The position numbers were made by a program, and so were the translations under genes. Below are positions 22,660 to 32,884 of a DNA stretch of 47,020 nucleotides, piece after piece. The stretch comes from Octopus bimaculoides (lineage: Eukaryota): positions 128,670,645 through 128,717,664 of the forward strand of contig NC_068984.1 of assembly GCF_001194135.2 (NCBI RefSeq), in the 5' to 3' direction. Positions within the stretch are counted from its first letter, which is position 1, and every line of letters starts with the position of its first letter. Under the pieces are notes generated by a model. The model ran no database searches and had not been told where the DNA came from. It was given only the letters and a program-made list of their open reading frames with translations.

Positions 22660-23230
22660 GGGCAGAGCTGATGGTGTCTTCAGCGCTTAACAAGCCTCAT
22701 ATCTTTTTCTTTTTATTTGGTCGGCAGAGTCAGATGTTATATTTTGAGTGGTGAGCGTTCTGCAATCTAAGTAGCTTCCTAGTTCTTCTATCAAATTCCT
22801 GTAGGCTTCACTTTGTCCAATTTAGCAAAAGAGCAGAATATCTTAATACTGGTATGACTCGCGAATACGCAACTTTGATAACATTTCCTCCATCTGGTTT
22901 TGTTTCGAGCACTTTCTTAACCCTTCTGACATTTTCTCTCTCATTTCTCCTTCCATTATCTTATCGTCCTCCTGTATCCTTAGGTACTTGTATCCCTGAT
23001 CATTTCTCAGAGATCTAATGGTATCTTGTGATAATTTTATACCAGCAGAATTTAATCTTTCAGAACTCTTCATAATTAAAACTGAACAGTTCTATATCTC
23101 AAACTGCATATCAATATCTTTGTTAAATATTCTTACTGCTTGGATCAGAGAGACGAAGTGGTTTTCATTTTTGGCGAACAGTTTCAGGTCACCCATATAG
23201 AGCAGATGATATATTTTTATGCTGGTTTTG
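22660..23230 (-). mobile_element. Decayed R4/Dong-type (RLE) non-LTR retrotransposon RT fragment
   Basis: Minus translation: IYHLLYMGDLKLFAKNENHFVSLIQAVRIFNKDIDMQFEI*NCSVLIMKSSERLNSAGIKLSQDTIRSLRNDQGYKYLRIQEDD...EFDRRTRKLLRLQNAHH...GLLSAEDT. This matches the HLLYMDDLKL / YKYLG / DRKTRKLL / GLxSVED motifs of R4/Dong-like RTs. The catalytic YMDD is mutated to YMGD (23199-23188), and there are stops and frameshifts. Confidence 0.8.
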
Positions 23231-23924
23231 GCATACTTTTAGGCGAACTTGGTTTTCTCATTATGCTGGCCAGAGTAAATTTAATTTACAGGCGTAAAAG
23301 CAATAACTTTATGGATAAACACTAAAATTGAAATTCTTAATGCATCTTACCTGTTTGATTTGATTTGTTACTAGAATTATCCCAGATGGCAACCGACAAA
23401 AATTTTGCCATTTTTAAAGATGAGGTACATTAATTTGAATTAATTAAAATACAGGTATAATCGCTACAAGATTTTGTTCTTTCGGTAAATATTTCGTACC
23501 TCGGTGTGAAATAATTTTTTTCAACAGTTTTTTTTCGGGTGCATTCAACGTATCTCACCTCCAAACCCGCCGTGAGTCACTTTTTTCAGGAGGAAAAAGT
23601 GGGAGGGGTGGTGGGAACCTCGAAGTTTCCCACCAAAGGAGTTTTGCTTCGCGCGTCTTTTTTCCCCAGATTATTTTGCATACTTTCAACGAATGTGACA
23701 TAGAAATCACGCGTAAACGGCTCCTTTTTCTAGAAAAAGAAAAATTTGTCTACTATTTCTAGCATATTCCATATAACATCGGATTCTTTAATTTACGCGA
23801 TAAAGTAATTTGTTGATCGTAATCAAAATTCAGAGATGCATCGATACACCAAAATTGAAAGCAATCTGAGCAAAATTAAAGGGGGCTCATTTTGCGAATA
23901 ACAAAGACTAGATCCCCTATCTCT

Positions 23925-24000
23925 TCGACTAAAATCGCTTCAAGGCGGTGTCCAAGCATGGCCGCAATCCAATGACTGAAAAAAGTAAAAGGTAAAAGAA
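23925..24000 (+). mobile_element. SINE family B 3' tail fragment
   Basis: ttcgactaaaatcgcttcaaggcggtgtccaagcatggccgcaatccaatgactgaaaaaagtaaaaggtaaaaga. Confidence 0.75.
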
Positions 24001-24143
24001 GGTAGCTCAAAGACTACAGGTTTAAAGAATGTATAGATGAGTGAGAGAGAAAGAGAGAGAGGAAAGAAGTTAGAGGAAAGAGTAAGAGGAAGAAGAGGCA
24101 TCAAACTATCGAACGGTGGGTTAATAGCATGTCAGAGGCCAGA

Positions 24144-24177
<34 letters not shown>

Positions 24178-24548
24178 CGCATGCTCGTATGCATGTGCAT
24201 GCGTGTGCCTGTTTGTGTATTTGCATATGTGCCTGCATGTGCGTAGAAATAGAGATTAAAACAAAATACTAAGAGCAATATCAGACTGGAAGGCGCTAAA
24301 AGCTTTAGGAGTTCTGTAAGTTTATAAACGTAACATGTACATATAATTTATTTATTTATTTATTTATTTATTTGTCTATCTTCTATTCGAATTTATGAAC
24401 AACAGCGACGATAGACACACAGCTTTTATAACGGACCACTTACTGGTTTCTGGCATTTCTAATTAAGGAGTGTCTTAATTCGGGAAACTTCGTTCGATAT
24501 ACGGTGAAACATATGTACACATACACACACGCACACCCGCATATGTAT

Positions 24549-24938
24549 CTTTTATCTTTTACTTGTTTCAGTCATTGGACTGCGACCATGCTGGGGCATC
24601 ACCTTGAACAGTTTGATCGAACGAAATGCCCTGAGTACATATTTTTCGAAATCTGTTACTTATTCTGTTTGTCCTTTTTGCTAAACTACTACGCTCTGGG
24701 AACGTAAACAAACCAACAACGTTTGTCAAGCTGTGCTTGGACGGAGACAGATACAAACATAGAGATACACGCACACACACACATATTTATACGACGAGCT
24801 TCTTCACAGTTTCCGTTTATCAAATTCACTTGGCTAAAGGCAACTGAAGAAGACACATGTCCAAAGTGCAGTGCAATGGGATTGAATCCGGAACCACGTT
24901 GTTGAAAAGAGACCTTCTTAACCAATACCTGCGCCCAA
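24549..24938 (-). mobile_element. Full-length SINE family B copy
   Basis: Reverse complement of the family B layout, from the tail (atcttttatcttttacttgtttcagtcattggactgcgaccatgctggggca) to the head (cttcttaaccaatacctgcgccc). Confidence 0.85.
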
Positions 24939-24944
24939 TGCCGT

Positions 24945-25065
24945 TTTTGTTTTTCATCGACCGCGGAAAGATGAAAAGCAAAGTCAACCTTGTTTGAATT
25001 TGAACTTAGAGTGACACGACTAAGTATTGCAAAATATTTTGTTCGTTAATCTAGTGATCTGCTAA
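24945..25065 (-). mobile_element. SINE family A 5' half
   Basis: catcgaccgcggaaagatgaaagcaaagtcaacc...tttgaactt. Confidence 0.6.
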
Positions 25066-25084
25066 TCCAAGGTCCCGTTTTACC

Positions 25085-25314
25085 CCTCTTTTACTTGTTC
25101 CAGTCATTGGACTACGGCCTTTCTAGGGCACTGCCTTGAAGAGTTTAGTCGGACAAATCATCTCCAGTACTTATTTTTTAAAGTTTGGTCCTTATTATAT
25201 CCGTCAGTTTTGCTGAACCACTAGATAACGGGGACGTAAATAAACCAACATCGGTTGTCAAGCGGTGGTAGACTGACAAACAAAAGCACAAAGATACACT
25301 CACACAAACATAAA

Positions 25315-25346
<32 letters not shown>

Positions 25347-25865
25347 TACACACGTATGTATGTATATATATATATGTGTATATATATAAGGATAAAATTA
25401 AATAGAGCGATACAATTGACAATCCAATAATTTATTTATATTATAATATAACATAATATACTATGAATATAATATAACATAATATAACATAGACAATTAT
25501 TTAAACATTAAAAAACCATCAATTTGGTTCGACTTATATAAAGATTTGATCTTTAAGGAAAAGGTTCAAGTTCTTCTTTTTCTAAAGAGTTGTAAGTTAA
25601 GTTAAACTGTAAGTTTTCAAGACTTGTAATAAATAATGTTGTTTAAATTCTGTCTGAGGTGGTCGAAATTTTAGTCGGTAGATTGTAAATCTATTCATAA
25701 GTATTTTACTTTCTCGTGGTTTGATATATAAACAATTCCCTTATATATAAGTCTCATCAGAGCCAGAGTTTAAAGATAGGCTTCCACACAGTTTGCGTCT
25801 ATCAAATCCATTCACAAGGCATTGATCGGTCCGTGGCTTTAAGTAGAAGATAGTTGTCAAGCATA
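25085..25865 (-). mobile_element. SINE family B copy split by a ~370-bp AT-rich insertion (about 25385-25755)
   Basis: 3' part at 25085-25380 and 5' part at 25775-25865 are colinear with 24549-24938. The insert sits in the internal microsatellite and is bounded by tatataag at both ends. Confidence 0.65.
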
Positions 25866-25950
25866 ATTATCACAACGAAAAAGAATTATTCGGTAACACA
25901 TTTATAGCGAGTCAGAATCGAAACTTTAGTAGGAATAAGTTGTTCTTTAG

Positions 25951-26300
25951 AAACATTAGACATATTACATGTTCAAGTACTGTCCATTATGGCAGTCCAT
26001 TATCCTTCTGATAGACTTGGGAAATCGAAAACTACTTTATTGATTACAAATGGAAATACTCAAATATCCTTCATATTTACTGGAATTACCAAAGTTTCTA
26101 TTTGGAGAGAAAACTTTATCGTATCACAGACAGTGTGTGACTCAAACGTTGCTTCAGTCAGAATTTCCATCTGCAGGCGAAATGATAAATTTCTTATAGA
26201 TTATAGAAACGAAGAGGAAACATTGACAAGATATCTAGCTGTTGACATTCCTCCGGTGAAATATTACCCAGATTTTATCCCCGCAGCAGAATTTCATTGA
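25951..26300 (+). CDS. Candidate coding exon (116 codons, unknown product)
   Basis: Acceptor-like ttgttctttag at 25940-25950, then an open frame (E)TLDILHVQVLSIMAVHYPSDRLGKSKTTLLITNGNTQ...YLAVDIPPVKYYPDFIPAAEFH* in non-repetitive DNA. No recognised homology; an ORF of this length could be chance. Confidence 0.2.
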
Positions 26301-26405
26301 CACTTAGGCTTTATTTATTTTTATCTCCATATTTCAGATATGAATGATTATGTTAGATTGCCAACAGATACACATGCATTCCTTTTCTTTGAATAATAAC
26401 AACAC

Positions 26406-26457
<52 letters not shown>

Positions 26458-28483
26458 TAATAATGATAATGAAACAAATAAAAAATCGTTGGAACATGTA
26501 AATACAATGAAACAAATTCAGATCTTCAGCTAATGTTCGTCTTCATGTTTCAATAAACGTGCATACATACATACGTACGTACATACATACATACACACAT
26601 ACATACATACATACATACATACATACGTACGTACGTACGTACATATGCGCATACATGTATATGTACATACATAGAGTGTCATGCCACTCACATCGGCGTA
26701 GTTATACGGGCAACTCTTAGAACCAGGAAAAACATATGAAAAACTCACAGACATACACGCACGCACACATACAAGCGCGCGTTATGATGGAAAATGACGA
26801 CCGATTATCATCACATGCTCCAAAAATGTCTACATGGTACTACCTTTCATTGAAACTGACATAGTATCCCACTAGTTCCAATACTATCTTTAGGAAGGAT
26901 TTTCCTTCATATTTTCGTACAACCCCACTTCCCCGAATCAGAGTGTATCCACACCTTTAATAAAGAATACTGATGGGATGTTCACGTAAGACAGCATTCT
27001 GGTGCAAACAACAAATTTGATATTGTATGGAAGAAGGAACAAAAGTGATCTCCTTGTAGAGGCTGTCAGCTCAGTGAATGTGAATGCCTCGTCTAAAGTT
27101 TTGGAAAAAAGAACATCTGTGGTGAACTAACGTGAACTTGCAATTCGAATATCTTGACTCTATATTCTCGTTTGCATCTTTTATCAGAGATGCATTGGGA
27201 TATGTCACAACAAATTTGCATAAAAGCCTCTAAACGTTGGATTTTTCCTAGAAAGACTAAAGATTAAATCTCATCTGTCAAATTTAATTGATTAGTGGTG
27301 CAGCAAAAATTTGCAAAAAATTCAAAAGATTCTCGATTTAAGTTTCCTAAGAGATGAACATTGTACCCACAATCACATATGTGCATGCAGTATGCACGCA
27401 CATACATAAAATGTTACCACACAACAGCAATTCTAACAAAATATAGTATATACTCATAAAACGAATGCAAGCACATTCACACATACACCCACAAATATGT
27501 ACACATTAACTTCTGCTCACATATTCACATATCCCACGAACTGTTTTATCTCAAACAAAGGACTTCCGTCTTGAATTCTGCAGACAGGAACTTAAGTATA
27601 TCGCAAAATATTGACAAAACAAATTGCGATGTCAAAGCGCAGACAAATCTTATAACTAAAAATGAAAACATTGACTTGGCAAAATTATGAGCCCATTGTT
27701 TGTCTAAACATTATTTATATACTTTACAGAAGCTGTGTCAACCACTTTCTCATAAACCATTAAGCAATGGCGATCAATGAGTAGGCGAATAAAAAGAAAG
27801 TGGTTTGGGGATGTGCCAAATAACTTTTTATAAATAATCTTTGTTGTCATAGACCTTTTATCCCGATAAATCACCACAGATACAATAATCGGCATAAATG
27901 CAATTAACTTTTGAATATGAATAACGTAAAGGTCAGCTATTCTTTCAGGATAATAAGGCTTCCCAGTTCTAATCCTACAACTAAAAATATCCGACCAGCC
28001 AGCCACGATATCATCAATAACAACAATCTCACAACTTCAGAAACTTTTCATTCTTCCCATATAGATTGTTGTGCCTCTCTAAAGCAGCGTTATAGAGAAC
28101 AGCTATAATACCTCCGGATGGTATTGAGAATAATTGTACAATGCTCATCGCAAACACATCTAAAAGTCGAAACAATTAACATTTGCAGTTATTCAAGTCG
28201 TGAGGCGAAGAGAGCTCCAATTCTTTCTTCTACTTTATTTCGAAAATAAACAACTGTAGATCTTAACACATCTCAATGATCAGGAACATCATGAGCAAGG
28301 TTATTGTGTATAACAACTGAGACATTCCAAAATAGTCAGTGATATTTTTAAACAGGGAGTCCGAGGTACTGTCCATCTGATGTCTTTACAAGCAAATCCT
28401 TTGAACCGTCCGAGAGAGTTGTCAATCTGTATAGACATCAGAGACGACACATCATAATCATTGCAGAAAATCCTCTTCCCCAG

Positions 28484-28524
28484 ACACTAGTGTGTTAAAT
28501 CTGATTACAGTTCTCTACAGTACA
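28484..28524 (+). CDS. Candidate 41-nt internal exon
   Basis: Strong acceptor tcctcttccccag and donor ACA|gtaagg; one open frame, xTSVLNLITVLYST. No homology support. Confidence 0.15.
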
Positions 28525-28773
28525 GTAAGGCACCACTAACAGTAGCAGTAACAGAAGCAACCTGATTTGCATGTCTGCAACACGAACTACAACCTAACCA
28601 CCATTCTGGACGAATGAGAATCGGTATACTAGGGACTTTGACATTTCCCAGTTCATTACTCCATTTCATTACATTATTGCCTGAACAAGGACAAATAAGG
28701 TGAAACTCCGAGTAGTAACGAAGGAATCATTAATGGATTAATGTATTCTGAAACACACCCACACCCACACACA

Positions 28774-28796
28774 TGTATGTATGTATGTATGCATGG

Positions 28797-28828
<32 letters not shown>

Positions 28829-28961
28829 CATGCATGTATGTATGTATGTGTGTATATATATGCATGCATGTATGTATGTATGTATGTATGTATGTATGTA
28901 TGCATGGTATATATGTATGTATGTATGTATGCATGGTATATATGTATGTATGTATGCATGG

Positions 28962-28993
<32 letters not shown>

Positions 28994-29100
28994 CATGCAT
29001 GTATGTATGTGTGTATATATATGCATGCATGTATGTATGTATGTATGTATGTATGTATGATTGTATGTATGTATACATATATGTATGTATGAATACGTAA
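28774..29100. repeat. Compound (ATGT)n satellite with higher-order units
   Basis: (ATGT)n interrupted recurrently by atgcatggtatat and atgcatgcatg. Source of the YIHT/MYVC ORFs. Confidence 0.95.
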
Positions 29101-29344
29101 GTATGTATCTATGTCAACTTCTGTAGGCAGACGTGCATAATAATTTAGCTGCCAATCATAACTGAAGCGTCTGTCAGCATTGGTATCGGGAATAATTCAT
29201 AAAGAATTCATCATTCAAATGTTGCTTCCTGTAAGTGACAAATGAAGAATAAATCAGGATTTCTTTAGAATATTAATGAAAGACAAACGACGACATATCG
29301 TAGATTCAGTAGAAAGTGGGATAAAAATACCTTGCGATATTTAG

Positions 29345-29845
29345 CTACGTCTCTCTGCTTCTCGAGGTTCAAATCACGCCGAGGTCGACTTTAACCATTT
29401 CCCGTGCGGCATGGGGAGGTGTATCAATAAAATAGAGTACAAGTCAAGTACTGGGGTCGTGTAATAGGTTATGCTCTTCCGACTAAATTTGAGGCTTTGT
29501 ACTTTTGTCAGAAATCAATATTGGTTTCAAATTTTGGCACAAGGCAGGAGTAAATCGATTATATCGAACCCAGTGATCAACAGGTACTTATTTCGTCAGA
29601 TATCAATATTTATGAGAGATTTCAAGCAGCGAGCTGGCAGAATCGTTAGCACACCGGGCAAAATGCTTAGCGGCATTTCGTCCATCTTTATGTTGTGAGT
29701 TCAAATTGCGTCGAGGTCGACGTTGCCTTTCGTCTTCACAAGGTCGATAAAATAAGTACCAGTTAAGCACTAGGATCGAAGTAATCAACTCATTCCCTTT
29801 CTCCGAAATTGCAGGCCTTGTGCCAAAAGTTGAAACCAGTATTAA
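29345..29845. mobile_element. Cluster of three SINE family A pieces (+ 29345-29510, - 29515-29585, + 29625-29845)
   Basis: ttcaaatcacgccgaggtcgacttt; ttggtttcaaattttggcacaagg (reverse tail); gcgagctggcagaatcgttagc...gtgccaaaagttgaaacc. Confidence 0.75.
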
Positions 29846-29879
29846 CAACATATTTATTTCTGGAAAGATGCCAAAGGGA

Positions 29880-29971
29880 TATCTTTTGTTTTAGCCATTT
29901 GACTGATGCCATGCTGGAGCATTGCTTTGAAGGGTTCTAGTCGAACAAATCGACTTCAGTGCTTACGTTTT
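29880..29971 (-). mobile_element. SINE family B 3' tail, runs into gap
   Basis: atcttttgttttagccatttgactgatgccatgctggagcattgctttgaag. Confidence 0.65.
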
Positions 29972-30512
29972 NNNNNNNNNNNNNNNNNNNNNNNNNNNNN
30001 NNNNNNNNNNNNNNNNNNNNNNNNNNNNNNNNNNNNNNNNNNNNNNNNNNNNNNNNNNNNNNNNNNNNNNNNNNNNNNNNNNNNNNNNNNNNNNNNNNNN
30101 NNNNNNNNNNNNNNNNNNNNNNNNNNNNNNNNNNNNNNNNNNNNNNNNNNNNNNNNNNNNNNNNNNNNNNNNNNNNNNNNNNNNNNNNNNNNNNNNNNNN
30201 NNNNNNNNNNNNNNNNNNNNNNNNNNNNNNNNNNNNNNNNNNNNNNNNNNNNNNNNNNNNNNNNNNNNNNNNNNNNNNNNNNNNNNNNNNNNNNNNNNNN
30301 NNNNNNNNNNNNNNNNNNNNNNNNNNNNNNNNNNNNNNNNNNNNNNNNNNNNNNNNNNNNNNNNNNNNNNNNNNNNNNNNNNNNNNNNNNNNNNNNNNNN
30401 NNNNNNNNNNNNNNNNNNNNNNNNNNNNNNNNNNNNNNNNNNNNNNNNNNNNNNNNNNNNNNNNNNNNNNNNNNNNNNNNNNNNNNNNNNNNNNNNNNNN
30501 NNNNNNNNNNNN

Positions 30513-30564
<52 letters not shown>

Positions 30565-31168
30565 GGGGAGACAGATAGACAGATATACGGGATCAAGTTG
30601 GTCAGTTGGCATTTGGGATTTGATCTACGAACGTAAAGAGCCGGAAGAAATGTCGCTAGTCATTTTGTACAATGCGCAAACGATTCTACCATCTAGCCGC
30701 CTCAGTTAACCACTAAATTACACACACACACATGCCCCTCTCCCACTCACGCACAATATATATTATGATAAAGATACAGACAAGACAACTTACATTTTCT
30801 AATTAACACATAAATGTACTTTATTAGCGACTTCTAAATTTGGCACATTGCCATAAATTTGTACTACTGTTTGAATGCTGCATATCGGCTTCTCTCGGCA
30901 AGATTTGAATTAAAGGGGCATAATTAAATATGACTTCCGTTTCAGTCACCCAATATCTTAAAAATGTATATATTAGCACTGTTAGTCATTCTTCATGAAG
31001 TAAAAAAATTCATGGTTATGTGGTTGTGTAACATGATACTGTGGCTGTTTACGAAGCTTTTTAATGTTGTAATAGTAGCCAACCAGGAAGAAATATATGA
31101 AACCAGTGGGGTTAGGTCCGATTTCATTCTGTTTCTCATTAATTTTCTCTTTTCATATATTGAAAATA

Positions 31169-31562
31169 AGGCGCTGCGCTGGAAGAATCGTTAGCACGCC
31201 GGGCAGGATGCTTAGTGGCATTTCGTCTGTTTTTCCGTTCTGAGTTCAAATTCCGCCGAGGTCGACTTTGCCTTTCATCCTTTCTGGGTCGACAAATTAA
31301 GTACAAGGCCTTGTCCCTTAAGTAGAAAGGATTATATACTGCAAAATAAGGCGGTGAGCTGCAAAATCGTTAGCACGCCGGGCAAAATGCTTAGTGGTAT
31401 TTCGTCCGTTTTTTCCGTCCCGTGTTCAATTTCCACCAATGTCTCTTTTGCCTTTCATCTTTTTGGGGTCGATGAAATAAGTAGCTGTTGGCCAATGAGG
31501 TCGATGTAATCGATTAGCTCACTCCACACAAAATTTTAGGTCTTGTGCCTATAGTAGAAAGG
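31169..31562 (+). mobile_element. Head-to-tail pair of SINE family A copies (31169-31335, 31349-31562)
   Basis: Both start aaaataaggcg... and end tgtgcc/tgtccc...agtagaaagg(a/t)ttatat. Confidence 0.85.
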
Positions 31563-31563
31563 T

Positions 31564-31594
<31 letters not shown>

Positions 31595-31731
31595 TATAAT
31601 ACAGGGTATCAAGAGATACCACCACGCTGAAAAAATAGCAGTCAAATCATGACTCCAAAACCACAATAAATGTCCGCAAGGCACGATTAGCGAAGACGAA
31701 GACCAAATAAACCAGTAAAAATAATAAGATA

Positions 31732-31787
31732 ATTTCAAATCCTGGATTTCTGGCTTTGCATAAATGCTTTGCCTTCATCAGTGAAAT
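31732..31787 (-). ncRNA. Type-I hammerhead ribozyme-like motif (Penelope-like element/retrozyme type)
   Basis: Minus strand reads ATTTCA-CTGATGA-A-GGC(AAA GCAT TT ATGC AAA)GCC-A-GAA-ATCC-A-GGAT-T-TGAAAT. Stem I is ATTTCA/TGAAAT, the CUGAUGA core is intact, stem II is GGC/GCC, followed by GAAA, near-palindromic stem III ATCC/GGAT and an AUU triplet. An extra A flanks each side of stem II. Confidence 0.65.
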
Positions 31788-32254
31788 ATACTCAAGTACA
31801 TAAATACAAATACATGCATATAAACAGTATACTTACATATACGGACGTATACATACATNNNNNNNNNNNNNNNNNNNNNNNNNNNNNNNNNNNNNNNNNN
31901 NNNNNNNNNNNNNNNNNNNNNNNNNNNNNNNNNNNNNNNNNNNNNNNNNNNNNNNNNNNNNNNNNNNNNNNNNNNNNNNNNNNNNNNNNNNNNNNNNNNN
32001 NNNNNNNNNNNNNNNNNNNNNNNNNNNNNNNNNNNNNNNNNNNNNNNNNNNNNNNNNNNNNNNNNNNNNNNNNNNNNNNNNNNNNNNNNNNNNNNNNNNN
32101 NNNNNNNNNNNNNNNNNNNNNNNNNNNNNNNNNNAATTTTAAATAATTATTACCTTTGATGGTTTTTATTCCCATGCTGACCACTTGATAAGATCAATAT
32201 TTTAAATACCGATCTTATCCTTATTTATATAAATATATATATATATATATATAT

Positions 32255-32460
32255 TTCGCCATGATAGATCGTTGACCACTACATTTATTTTTTTTTCTCC
32301 TTGTTTCTCTCCTTATTTCTTTCTGTGTTCCCTTCAGTTGAAGAGCGTAGGCTCGAAACGTCAAAGACTTTCTCTATTCCCGAGCGTTAAACTAATACAT
32401 CCATTTGTTGTTTACACCACCTGTCTTCGTCTGTTGTTTTTTTTCGTAAATTCTCCCATA
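32255..32460 (+). mobile_element. ~205-bp (TA)n-embedded Penelope-like/retrozyme-like repeat (family E) with variant hammerhead at 32331-32366
   Basis: Homologous to the reverse complements of 19905-20105, 7745-7916 and 2150-2330. Contains CCTT-CAGTTGA-A-GAGC-GTAG-GCTC-GAAAC-GTC-AAAG. Flanked on both sides by (TA)n. Confidence 0.6.
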
Positions 32461-32884
32461 TATATATATATATATATATAAATATATATATATATATCAT
32501 TGCTATTATGGAAAAGTGTTGTAAGCCCAAAACGTTGCTTTTTCAGAAAGCGAAAAAATAGTTTCACCATTCCATTTCTTTTTACATTAGTAACAGTTTC
32601 AGCTTAACAATAATACTTTGTTGGGTGCATAAAATCGTAACTCCATGCATGTATGATGTTTTCAGTCAAAAATATTTGTGCAAAACTGTCGTATGTGGGA
32701 CTTACTACACCTTTGAAAAAATGCTAAACCGTTGTACTAAACTTTGACAATTTTTGATGTCTTGGCATCTGAAGTAGCTGGAGATAAAATAGTTTGACCA
32801 AAAGAACTGGCTATTGCAAGCAAAATTAAATATTGAAAAAAACCCCCCAAAAAACCGCATTTGGCTAAATTTGGACAGATCTAA

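Noticed and set aside
23351-23411. Minus-strand ATG-led mini exon MAKFLSVAIWDNSSNKSNQT with a perfect CAG|gtaag donor
   Set aside because: It is wedged between transposon remnants, has no recognisable partner exon and no homology, and a single good donor is expected by chance in 47 kb.
23455-23910. Possible non-autonomous DNA transposon (also 32520-32880)
   Set aside because: The composition is suggestive, but I could not find matching TIRs, a TSD or a second copy in the window.
27990-28036. EIVVIDDIVAGW as a CRESS/SF3 helicase Walker B (endogenous virus)
   Set aside because: There is no upstream Walker A in frame (stop immediately before) and no motif C similarity downstream.
28674-29100. 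Six overlapping ORFs of YIHT/MYVC repeats, plus poly-CV, poly-YI, poly-ER/LS and poly-L ORFs elsewhere (e.g. 911-1294, 12477-12780, 34009-34304)
   Set aside because: They are translations of microsatellites.
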